From: an uncultured delta proteobacterium
GTDB taxonomy: Bacteria; Desulfobacterota; RBG-13-43-22
Assembly: GCA_963843145.1 (NCBI GenBank)
Contig: CAWJJC010000027.1
Span: 352,001-416,000 of the forward strand
Direction of reading: 5' to 3'
Length of the DNA: 64,000 nucleotides
Below are positions 51,890-61,348 of this stretch, one piece after another. The notes below the pieces were generated by a model. That model searched no databases. It worked only from the letters and a program-made list of their open reading frames with translations, and was not told the origin of the DNA. Made by a program: the position numbers and the translations under genes. Position 1 is the stretch's first letter. Each line of letters starts with the position of its first letter.

Positions 51890-52813
51890 TTATTTCCCCC
51901 CCGGGTCATCCCCGTGTTGTTGTTTGATGAACTTCTGGTGAGTGGCCGTGCCCTCTTTTCGGGCCTGCCCGACGCTCAGGAACTTGCCCACCATGAGCAT
52001 GTGCATTTCCGGAGGCAAATTCTGATAATCCACCTCTTTTAGAAACCGGCCGACCGTGCTGCGGATGACTTGCTGTTTCTCCCGGTCGCCGGCATAGGTG
52101 ACTACCGCCACCGGGGTGTCCTGAGGATAGTTCTTCTTAAGCTGGCTGAACAGTTGGGGGTAATCCAGCTTCATGGTATAGAAAACCATGCTGGTTTTAT
52201 GGGTCATCAATTCCTGGTTTTTGTCCTGCCGGCCGGGCCAATCGGTCATGGTCAGGATGACCGAACTGGTGTCCCAGCCATAGGGCGGACTCATCTTGAC
52301 CGCAGCGCTGGAGGCCTGAAAGGCCCCTATCCCGGGAATGATCTCGGAAGGGAAATCCTTGGGCAACATCTCCAGATAAAAGGTGGTTCCATACATCATG
52401 GGGTCCCCCCACTGGAGGGCCGCTACTTTTTTCCCCTGGGCCACCGCTTCTTTGATCTTGCCGATCATCGACTTTCGGGCTTCGGCGTTCCGGATGGCCT
52501 TGGCCCTGGCCTCGGGGTCTTTTAAGGTCTGCGGATCGATCCCATAATACACCCGGGCGACATGTCCCAGGTACCAGACCGGTTTGTCGCCGATCCACTG
52601 TTTCCAAGCCTCCAGATCCGGCCGGTCTTCCAGGATGAAGATATCGGCCTGCTTAACCGTCTCGAGCCCCCGGAGGGTAATCAAATCCGGGCTGCTGCCC
52701 ATGCCGACGATGTAGAATTTCCCCTGATCGGCCCAAAGAGCCGTGGGAAGGGCGATCAGGATTACCGCCCAAAGTGTTAGTAGTGCAATCCTCCAGTCCT
52801 TGGTGATGAACAT
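51890..52813 (-). CDS. Tetrapyrrole methylase (CobM/CbiF-like fold) with N-terminal signal peptide
   Basis: Hydrophobic leader ending ALWA; IVGMGSSPDLITLRG, GDPMMYG, IIPGIGAF. Confidence 0.8.
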   Translation of the reverse strand: MFITKDWRIALLTLWAVILIALPTALWADQGKFYIVGMGSSPDLITLRGLETVKQADIFILEDRPDLEAWKQWIGDKPVWYLGHVARVYYGIDPQTLKDPEARAKAIRNAEARKSMIGKIKEAVAQGKKVAALQWGDPMMYGTTFYLEMLPKDFPSEIIPGIGAFQASSAAVKMSPPYGWDTSSVILTMTDWPGRQDKNQELMTHKTSMVFYTMKLDYPQLFSQLKKNYPQDTPVAVVTYAGDREKQQVIRSTVGRFLKEVDYQNLPPEMHMLMVGKFLSVGQARKEGTATHQKFIKQQHGDDPGGK

Positions 52814-52827
52814 AACTCGCTTCCTTT

Positions 52828-53601
52828 CTAATTTAGTCGATAGACCACTGGGATCTTGATCTGGGCCTCCACGGGTGGATGGGGGAAAGGAACGCTTTCC
52901 TTCAGGGCCTCCAGCGCACCCTGGTCCAGAACCTCGTACCCGGACCCCCTAACCACCTGGGCTTCTTTGATCGATCCGCTCAGGGTGATTACAAAGGAGA
53001 GGACCACCCGGCCCTCCCAGCCCAGACGCCGGGCTAGGGACGGATAGCTGACGTTTTTCAGAATCTTGTCCCGAATATAAGCGAATTGTTCGGCCAGGTA
53101 GCGGTTTTTGGCCTTTTCAGCGCCACCGCTTTCCAAACCCCCTTCCCCGCCGGTACCGCCCTTTCCGGAGGCCGGTCCACTGCCGGAGATCCCGGACTTC
53201 CCTGTTCCCCCGGCTGGCCCGTCTGTCTTTCCCAACCCTCCCGGCACATTCGGCAGGCCGGGCTGTTCCACGGGAACGGTCATGTCTGAAGTGGATTGAA
53301 TCCAGGTCGGGGCGGTTTCCTGGATTTTCGGTGGCGCCGGAGGGGGGAGGCGTTTGTTCTCTTCCCGGGGAACCGGGGCGGGAGCGGCCTGAGGTACTTT
53401 TTTCGATGCCGGCCGAAATGATTTTATTGGAGTGGGCTCCCGGATCTTTTGAACCGGAGCGGGAGTTGGTTTTTCCAGGTCAAAGTCGATGATCATCGGG
53501 TGATGTTTTTTTACTTCCAGCGTGCCGAGACCCAGCACCCCGGCAATCACCGCCGCGTGAATGATCAAAGAATATTGGAGCCCTCTGGCTTGCGGTTTCA
53601 T
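52828..53601 (-). CDS. tonB: Energy transducer TonB
   Basis: SxxxH TM anchor, Pro-rich linker, YPSLARRLGWEG, GSGYEVLD. Confidence 0.9.
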   Translation of the reverse strand: MKPQARGLQYSLIIHAAVIAGVLGLGTLEVKKHHPMIIDFDLEKPTPAPVQKIREPTPIKSFRPASKKVPQAAPAPVPREENKRLPPPAPPKIQETAPTWIQSTSDMTVPVEQPGLPNVPGGLGKTDGPAGGTGKSGISGSGPASGKGGTGGEGGLESGGAEKAKNRYLAEQFAYIRDKILKNVSYPSLARRLGWEGRVVLSFVITLSGSIKEAQVVRGSGYEVLDQGALEALKESVPFPHPPVEAQIKIPVVYRLN

Positions 53602-53978
53602 GGGCGTTCTTCGGTCTGGAGACTGACCCGTTTAAACTGGAGCCTTTTGACCAGATCCAGGACGTCGACGAACCCCTGCAAAGCGATCTGCCGATCTGCC
53701 CGGATCAGGATTGGGATATTCCGATTCAGCCCCTCCAGCCCCTGTTTCAAGCCATCCAGGGCCACCGCTTTGGCGTTCAGGAACAGGTCCCCCCGGCGAT
53801 TAATCTCAATGGTCTGGGTCCGCAGCATCTCCCCCTGGCTTCTAACCACCTTAGGCAGATCGAGAGGAATCATCCCGGTGGCGATAAAGGAAGAAGTGGT
53901 CAGAACGATGGTCAACAGGACCAACATGACGTCCACCAGAGGAATTACATTGATATAATCAAACTCCTTTTCTTCCAT
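53598..53978 (-). CDS. exbD: ExbD/TolR
   Basis: INVIPLVDVMLVLL, IRAD. Confidence 0.92.
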   Translation of the reverse strand: MEEKEFDYINVIPLVDVMLVLLTIVLTTSSFIATGMIPLDLPKVVRSQGEMLRTQTIEINRRGDLFLNAKAVALDGLKQGLEGLNRNIPILIRADRQIALQGFVDVLDLVKRLQFKRVSLQTEERP

Positions 53979-54393
53979 TCAGCACATCCCAATCCAGGAG
54001 CAACACCTTAACCCGGCGAAGCAGGAAATTGTACAAGGTCACCGAGGGAATGGCCACCAGCAATCCCACGGCTGTGGCCTTCAGGGCCAGGGCCAGGCCC
54101 ACCATGATCTTGCCCGTATCCATGAACCCTTCCTGTCCGATGGTATAAAAAGTCAGCATAATCCCTAAAACGGTCCCGAGCAGGCCGATATAGGGCGCAT
54201 TGCTTCCAATGGTGGCAATCAGGTGAAGCTTTCTGGTCAGTTCCTTTTCCAGCGCGGGTTTGTTAGGGAAGTCCTCTAAGCGAAGGCGCCGAAAAACCAA
54301 GTGGCGTTCCAGGGCCACGCTCAAGGCCATGATGCTCAGCAGGATCAGGAACCCGATGATCCCGTAATCGACGGCAATTTTTAACCATTCCAT
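53959..54393 (-). CDS. exbB: ExbB (short form)
   Basis: IATIGSNAPYIGLLGTVLGIM, ALKATAVGLLVAIPS; likely start 54393. Confidence 0.92.
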   Translation of the reverse strand: MEWLKIAVDYGIIGFLILLSIMALSVALERHLVFRRLRLEDFPNKPALEKELTRKLHLIATIGSNAPYIGLLGTVLGIMLTFYTIGQEGFMDTGKIMVGLALALKATAVGLLVAIPSVTLYNFLLRRVKVLLLDWDVLNGRKGV

Positions 54394-54415
54394 AATGTTT
54401 TTCCAAAATAAAGGC

Positions 54416-54460
54416 GCCCCTCCCGTCATCTCGTTATTCTACGGAATGACGAGAGAGGGC
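54416..54460 (-). terminator. Stem-loop after the TonB receptor gene
   Basis: GCCCCTCCCGTCAT...ATGACGAGAGAGGGC. Confidence 0.5.
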
Positions 54461-54483
54461 TTTATTTATCTGCAGGGGGTTCG

Positions 54484-56554
54484 TTAAAACTTACCGGTAA
54501 GACCTGTCCAGAAAGCCCGTCCGGGACCGGGAAACCCGTATTCCGGCTCGTAGTTGATGTCAAAAATATTGTTTACCGCCACATACACTTCGAACCATTT
54601 GAGGATCGGCTGGGTAACTTTGAAGTTGGTCAGGAAATAGTCCCCGGTCTTCAGGGTCTCCAGGTTTTTGTTCTGGGGCGTTGGGAGCTGGGAAAAGGCC
54701 TCGCCGACATACAGCCCGGTCAGATCCAACTTGGTTTTAACCTGAGGGAGGACATATTGTACCCCGAGGTCCAACTTGTGCTGGGGGGAGAAGGTTACGT
54801 CGTCGGTGACCCGTCCGTCACTTTCATTCTTAGAATCGATGTAGGTGTAATCCCCCCGCAGAAGCAGCCCGTCCAGAGGATAGACCGACCCGCCCAACTC
54901 GAAACCCATCCGCTTCACGTTCCCGTAGTTTAGATAGGTGCCGAGAGTACCGGGGGCGTCGCGGGAGATCAGATCGGTGACGTCATGATAGAATAAGGCG
55001 AACTCCAATTGGCCCACCTTGCCCAGGGCCTGATCCACACCCACCGTGTAGTTGAGGCTTTTTTCCGAGGCCAGATCGGTGTTGCCGCCCTTGCTGGAGT
55101 AAAGCTGTTGCAGGGTCGGGAAGCGGGATTTGCGGGCGATGGAGCCGAAGAGCTTGGTCCCATCAACCACCTGGTAATTCAACCCAGCCATGGGATTGAA
55201 TTCGCTGGTGTTGGGCTGGGGGTTGGAGATCTGCTGCACAAAATTACCCGTTTTGGAATCCGTCACATTTTTCTGGGCCTGGGTCACATCAAACCAGTCG
55301 TAGCTGACTCCACCCACCAGAGAAAGATTTTTTACCAGCGTGAATTCGTCTTCCAGACCCCAGGATCCAGTGTAAGACTTGGACTCCGCAAAGGGCAGAT
55401 AGGCATCGTCCCGCTCCTTGTGGTTGTCCTCCTTGTAATGCAAAGACATACGCAGGTTGTTCCATTTCACCGGCTGGTAATCGACAAAATAGGAGCCGCC
55501 CATGATATAATCCTCATAGCGGCTGATGGCGATCTGTTTGGTCAGGGCCGAATCGGCATAAGAAACGTAATCGTCGTTATGATGGTGATAAAAGAGCTTG
55601 GCCTTCATATTCCACTGGTCGTTCAACCGGTGCCTCCCGTCCAGGTCGACCCCCCAATCCTCATAATTCTGGATCCGGACGTTGGCCGTAGAAAAGGCCG
55701 GACGGTTAAGAAACACCGAGTTAGCATCGGTGGAGGCCGGCGCCCCTTTGTCTTTGTTCAGGTAATGGAAATTGACGAAAAATTCTGAATCCTTTAAGGG
55801 GGTCGCCCCGAATTTGGCCCAGAAATTTTTGCTGGTGATGTCCGAATTGTCCCGTTTTCCCCCGTCTTCAAAAACGACGGTGCTTTTCCCGCCCGGGCTA
55901 CGGGTCAGAGTCCCTTTTCTGGGCTGATAATCGTCCGAGAGATTCCAGCCATCCGAGTTCAGGTAGCTGGCATTCAGCCACCAGTTCCAGATCCCTTTCT
56001 TCATGCCGTGGGAGGCCGAAAGGCGGTAGGTGTTGTTCTCGCTGAATTCCACCGTGGCGCTGGTAAAAGGCTTTTCCGAGGGTTGTTTGGTGATAATGTT
56101 GACCACCCCGGCCAGGGCATTGGCCCCGTAGAGGACCGAGGCGCCACCCTTGATGACCTCGATGCGGGCCACGTTGTCGGTGGGAATCTGATTCAGGTCC
56201 AGTTTCCCGAAATTGGTTTCGTAATAGGGGACCCCGTCGATCAGGATCAGGGCCTGGGACTGATCGAAATTTCGAATCGAGACATTGGGTTCGTTTTTTC
56301 GACCGGTGGTGACCTTGACGCCCGGGGCATAACTCAGGGCCTCGGCCACGGTTTTGCTGTTGGTGGCCGCAATGTCTTCGGCGGTGACCTCGGTGATCAC
56401 CGTCGTTTCCCGGACCTTGTCCCCCGAGCACCACGATCTCACCCAGGTTGTAGGTCTCGAATTCCTTGGCCTTCTTTCCCTCGGCCCAGACCAGTCCGGT
56501 CCCCAAGAAAAAGAACAGCGTTAACAGTACACCCATCTTCTCTCTCTTCCTCAT
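54484..56554 (-). CDS. TonB-dependent outer-membrane receptor (one frameshift near 56421-56430)
   Basis: Signal peptide and TonB box LGEIVV in one frame; plug ILIDGVP, RIEVIKGGASVLYGANALAGVVNIIT and C-terminal PGPGRAFWTGLTGKF in the next. Confidence 0.9.
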
Positions 56555-56564
56555 CTTCTCCTCC

Positions 56565-57887
56565 TTATATTTTATTTGCCGGGTTCTTTAATTTTCGGGC
56601 CCAAAAAAAATAAAACGGCAACCCCGATAAGGCGATGATCAGCCCCAACAGCGAGGTCTGGGGCTTCTCCCAGGAAATCTGCCAGGCAATCCAACCGTAG
56701 GCTCCCACAAACACCAGCGGCGTCAGGGGATAACCCCAGGTCCGGTAAGGTCGGAATAGGGCCGGCCTCCTGGCCCGAAGAGTCAAGTGCGCCAGACCCG
56801 TCGCCATCGAGGACACCAGCATGATGAGCACCACATAGCTCAAAAGCTGGTCGAAGCTTCCCCAAAGGACCATACCGGCCGCCAGCAGCCCCTGGGTCAA
56901 AATCGATCCGTAGGGCGTCCGGTGCCGGGGATGAAGCTTTTTCAAAAAGGACCAAAATAGGCCGTCCTCGGCCATGGCGTAAAAAATCCGAGAGCAGGCC
57001 AGGAGCGTGGCATTGATCCCGGAGGCGATGGCCAGTACGATCACCAGGGAGATCAGTCCGGCGTAAGGGCCGCTGAACAAACTTTCCGCCGCCAGTTGGC
57101 CTACATTGACCACCCCCTGAAGCTTCAAGATCGGGACGGCATACAGGTAGGTAATGTTCATTAAGGCATACAATACAGTTACGATCAGGGTTCCCCAGAG
57201 CAGCGATCGGGGAACGTTTTTCTCCGGGTCCCTGACTTCACTGCCCACATACGCCGAGGCGAACCAGCCGCTGTAGGTAAAAATGACGGCGATCATCGGC
57301 GAGGCGAAGAGTTTGGTCCAGGATAGGGGCCCCCCCGTATTCCCTGAAAAATGCTGCCAGCTCCCCTTTCCCCATAGTATTCCTCCCGAGACGAACAGAC
57401 CGATGAGCAACAGGGCGCCCAGGGTAAGAATATCCTGGGTAGTGCTACCCCAGCGTATCCCGCGGTAATTGATCCAGGTAAACAAGGCGATCACCGCCAG
57501 GGCCAGGGCCTTTTCCGAACCCGTGCCGACCCCCGGCAGAAACGGTTTCAGGTAACTGACCAGCGCCAGGGTCAAGGCGGCCATCGAACCCGGAATAATG
57601 ATCCAAAAGTTGACCCAGCCCAGCAAAAATCCGGCCCAGGACCCGTAGGCCTCCTTGAGGAACTGGTAGTCCCCGCCGGCTCGGGGAAACAAACCGGCCA
57701 GTTCGGCATAGGTCAGGGCCCCGCAAAGCGTGAGCACCCCCCCGATGATCCAGATGCCGACAAACCAGAAAGGCTGGGGCAGCTCACCGGCCAGAAAACC
57801 GCTGGTGGTGAAGATGCCGGCGCCCACCACGTTGCCCACCACCAGCAGAATGGCATCCGAAAGTTTAAGACTTCGATTGAGCGGCAA
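56565..57887 (-). CDS. APC-family amino acid/polyamine permease
   Basis: GNVVGAGIF, YAEL...PRAGGDY, YSGW, RIFYAMAEDG, RPYRTWGYP. Confidence 0.9.
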   Translation of the reverse strand: MPLNRSLKLSDAILLVVGNVVGAGIFTTSGFLAGELPQPFWFVGIWIIGGVLTLCGALTYAELAGLFPRAGGDYQFLKEAYGSWAGFLLGWVNFWIIIPGSMAALTLALVSYLKPFLPGVGTGSEKALALAVIALFTWINYRGIRWGSTTQDILTLGALLLIGLFVSGGILWGKGSWQHFSGNTGGPLSWTKLFASPMIAVIFTYSGWFASAYVGSEVRDPEKNVPRSLLWGTLIVTVLYALMNITYLYAVPILKLQGVVNVGQLAAESLFSGPYAGLISLVIVLAIASGINATLLACSRIFYAMAEDGLFWSFLKKLHPRHRTPYGSILTQGLLAAGMVLWGSFDQLLSYVVLIMLVSSMATGLAHLTLRARRPALFRPYRTWGYPLTPLVFVGAYGWIAWQISWEKPQTSLLGLIIALSGLPFYFFWARKLKNPANKI

Positions 57888-57907
57888 AGATCGGTTTCCA
57901 GTTCAGG

Positions 57908-59693
57908 TTAATGATGGCGGTCCAACGTCTGAGACTCCAGGCAAGCCCCGATGTAAATCATGCCCAGCCACTTTTCTTTTTCGTCCCAGGCGATGGACAG
58001 GGCCTTATCCAGCGTGGTCTTCACCAGACGTTCGCTGTCGGCAAAACCCACCCGGTAGGCAAAATAAACCGGGGTGGAAGGCGGGTAATAGCCGCCCAAC
58101 AGATCCACCAGACTCTTCAGTTCCTTCAATCCCATGAACAGGGCCAGGGTGTCTCCCTTCTCAACCGCCGCCTTAAGCAACGCCGGGTTATCTTTCAACG
58201 CCCAGGAGGTGGATAGGACAATCGACCCTCCCCGGCAGGCCAGTTCCTTCCCGATGAGCGCGTTGGCGGCGTTGAAGGCGCTGATCCCCGGGATGAACTC
58301 CTTTTCCTGATCACCCAATCGGGCGGCGATCTCGCGCAGACTCCCATAGATAAAGGGATCCCCGTATTCCAGCAGGGCCACGTTCTTCCCCCGCCGGAGT
58401 TCCGCCTGGATCAGTTCCACTGCTTCCACGATCTTTTTTTCCAGCAGGGCCTTTTTTTCCTCCGGTGACAGCTTGCCCAGCTCCTTTCCATAAATGGGCT
58501 CCGGCATTAAATACTTAAAGGGATCAAACAGGACCGGGCGTCCTCCGATGTAGGCGGCCAGCCGTTTTTTCAGATCGTCGCTGCAGACGAAGACATCGAC
58601 CCGCCCCAGGGCCGATAAGGCCTGCTGGGTTAACAGGTCCGGATCGGCGCAACCCACACTGATCAGGTAGGCCTTGGGCTTCCGGATCAGGTTGATGACC
58701 TCGATCCGAGAAACGGCCATCACCCAGCGGTCGGCCGACAAGTCATCGGGAATCACCAGCTTGAACTTGCCGCTCGTCCTCCTGGAGGGGCTTTCCTTCT
58801 TTCCGGTCGGCGATGATGATCCGCCGGCCCAGGGGATTGAGCACCAGCTCCCCCATGGAAATCAGGGATCGGTACCCGTCCGGGGCCGAAATGACAACGG
58901 CCGAATCCAGGTCCTGGGTTGCCCCGGCCCGGGTGAGCAGGTCCGTTAGGGGGGTCCCTTCGAAACGAAACAAACCGTGATAACCCCTCCCCTCGCCTGC
59001 GACCTTGCCCATCACTTCCAGTCGGGGATAAGCCGATAAATTAGTTACGGTCAGCAGCGTTTTGCTATCCTGACCCACCGTCAGCTCGGGGGCAAAAAGC
59101 TCCTTCATCCGTTTCACCGGCATTTTGAAATGCAGGTCGACCACCTCGATACTGGCCACGTTTTCCAGGGACCGTTCGGTATAAAAATCGTTGGCCACCA
59201 CCAGCCTGGGTAAGCCCACCTTTCGCTTCAAGGGATCTTGCCAGACCCGGTAAACCTCCGGGGTGTGACAGGCGGCGCAGTCTCTGTGGGGCATGACGGG
59301 CTCCGCCTGGAAGGCCACGATCAATTCCGCCGGATTGCGGTAAAAAACTTCCCCCCAGGAAAGGACGGTCTCGCGGCCCTCGCGATTGCGGACCACGATA
59401 GCCAGGTCATCCGGTTTGCCAAACGCGGATTCCCCCTTCTGCACCACCGCGGTCTCCAGCAACTCCCTCAACGGCACCCCGCGGTAGTTGAAAACACCGT
59501 GAAAGGTTTTGTCCCGGGTCAGTTCATTCAGACGCACTGAAACCGATTGAAAGCGAGCCAGGTCGGAGAGGCTGAATTGAAGCGGTTGTTTGACGGCGCC
59601 CATGATGTGCAGGCTTTCCAAGGTACCGGCCTGCACCCCGGAACCGATCAACAGGAGACTCAGACCATAAACGACCCATTTCATCTTCTTCAT
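57908..59693 (-). CDS. Exported fusion: two molybdopterin-oxidoreductase-like domains with CxxCH + tetrapyrrole-methylase domain (frameshift near 58772)
   Basis: Signal peptide; YRGVPLRELL and FEGTPLTDLL...APDGY repeats; CAACH; a shifted frame continues SGKFKLVIPDDLSADRWV into ISVGCADPDLLT...GDPFIYG...IPGISAF. Confidence 0.7.
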
Positions 59694-59711
59694 AAAACAA
59701 TACTCCTTTTA

Positions 59712-60470
59712 TTAAACGGATTTTCGCTGCGGAAAATACCAGACCAGGGCCAGAATCAGGACAATGAACCCCCAGAAAATGAAGGGCCGGCCGGGGTCCC
59801 GTTTGATAACCACCTTCAACTCTTGACCCGGCTGGGCCTTTTTGGCCAAGTCCAGATGAAAGGTATATCCCTTCCAAGAGACCGGTTGCATGATCTGGAG
59901 CTCCCGGGATTCCAGGCTGCCGGCGGCGTCAAGCAGCAGAACCGCCCGGCATTGCTGTACCATCCCCCGGATAGGCTCCGGCCCCGGATAGCGCTGACAG
60001 TCTTGATTGATCACCCGGACCATCCCGGCGCCCGGAAGACGGATACCGCTTTCCGGGTTGTTCGGAATGACCCCATTGAAGCCCACGACCAGGCTGATCC
60101 AGTGCCCGGAAAGGATGACCAGGAAACATAAATGGATCAAGGAAGGGCTGAGTCGGATGGAAAAAGTTCGGGCCCCGATCTGTCTCCTTAAAGGCCATAA
60201 ATGGATCAGTCGTTTCAAAGCGCAGACCACGGTATTGATGCCCAAAAAGAACAGCAGGAGAAAAAGACTCCCCAGCCACCAGAGTTGGTTGACCTGGGAA
60301 CGACCCACTTGCTGCACCCACTCTTGAATCAACATCTGGTTCAGCGAATTGAAGAAAGTAAAATTAAACTTCAAATAATAGGAACCGATCCCCAGGTTGG
60401 CGGAAATCAACAACAGCAACCAGAAGTTGACCTTGACCTCGCCGCAGAAATCCCAAATCTTTTTAAGCAT
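59712..60470 (-). CDS. CcsB/ResB-like cytochrome c biogenesis protein (short)
   Basis: Three N-terminal TMs with INTVVC and LIHLCFLVILSGH, periplasmic domain, DPG plus final TM. Confidence 0.65.
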   Translation of the reverse strand: MLKKIWDFCGEVKVNFWLLLLISANLGIGSYYLKFNFTFFNSLNQMLIQEWVQQVGRSQVNQLWWLGSLFLLLFFLGINTVVCALKRLIHLWPLRRQIGARTFSIRLSPSLIHLCFLVILSGHWISLVVGFNGVIPNNPESGIRLPGAGMVRVINQDCQRYPGPEPIRGMVQQCRAVLLLDAAGSLESRELQIMQPVSWKGYTFHLDLAKKAQPGQELKVVIKRDPGRPFIFWGFIVLILALVWYFPQRKSV

Positions 60471-60474
60471 TCCT

Positions 60475-61233
60475 CTATCCCCCGATCCGTGGCGGTAGGT
60501 TGGTTTCGGTCAAGAACCCTAAGTAGCCGTAAAGCAGGATCATTGCCGGCCCGACCAGCGAGAAGCGGGCCTCGGTCCGCAGATTCCAGACCGGAAGATA
60601 GCGAAGATGCAGCAAAGCCGCATAAAAACACCAGAGTGAAGCGGATTGCAGGTGACGGGCGCTCCAATGTAAGGGGGTGGCCCAACCCAGATAGGCCCAG
60701 TAGGCACCCACCACCTGGGCGCCGCTGAAAAAGATAAACCCCCAGACCAGGAAGGAATGGAAAAGACGGGCCGTTTCATCCTGTCGCAAGTAGATCAGGC
60801 CCAACATGCTCCCCGCGATAAAACAGGCGTGGCTGAAAACCTCCAGCATAAAGAACAGCCAAGAAAAAAAGGTCTGGGTTTTCGGATTGGGCGGAACCAC
60901 CCCCAGGGGAAAAAGAAAAGCCAATACCGAGAAGACCACCAGGGGGATCAGTAGCCCGCCGGCGAGAGAGGCTTTCCCGGGAATGAATCTGAAGCCCAAA
61001 GCCAACGCCGCCAAGCACCAGGGAAGAAAAAAACTCTCTTCAAAAAGGGCATAGGGGGACCAAATCCCGACAAGCCCTCCCCGGTTGATCAGAAAGATGG
61101 TGTGTCCCAGGAAACCGAGCACCAGGCAGACGAAGGGAATGTATCTCCGCCGGAATAGCCAGGCGACCATTGAAGCGGCATAAAAACCCGTTACGAGCGA
61201 AAAGCCGTTATTTATTGCTATCGAGATCATCAA
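60475..61233 (-). CDS. CcsA/ResC-like cytochrome c assembly protein, divergent WWD motif
   Basis: GHT, GAYWAYLGWATPLHWSARH, YAALLHLR; multi-TM. Confidence 0.75.
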   Translation of the reverse strand: MMISIAINNGFSLVTGFYAASMVAWLFRRRYIPFVCLVLGFLGHTIFLINRGGLVGIWSPYALFEESFFLPWCLAALALGFRFIPGKASLAGGLLIPLVVFSVLAFLFPLGVVPPNPKTQTFFSWLFFMLEVFSHACFIAGSMLGLIYLRQDETARLFHSFLVWGFIFFSGAQVVGAYWAYLGWATPLHWSARHLQSASLWCFYAALLHLRYLPVWNLRTEARFSLVGPAMILLYGYLGFLTETNLPPRIGG

Positions 61234-61281
61234 TTAAAATTTTTTTCGGAAACGGGATGAGCGAGAAGAACTATGTCTTTT

Positions 61282-61315
61282 TTGACATGTATGCCAAGAC
61301 AAGCATATATGTCAA
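61282..61315 (-). promoter_or_regulatory. Palindromic operator (13-8-13) overlapping TTGACA -35 of the ccs/TonB operon
   Basis: TTGACATGTATGC-CAAGACAA-GCATATATGTCAA. Confidence 0.72.
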
Positions 61316-61348
61316 GAATATTTTCCGGGGATCACTAAAAAATTAATT

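Noticed and set aside
61234-61348. Cobalamin riboswitch before the TonB/methylase operon
   Set aside because: Only ~115 bp of intergenic space and no B12-box or GGGAA core seen.
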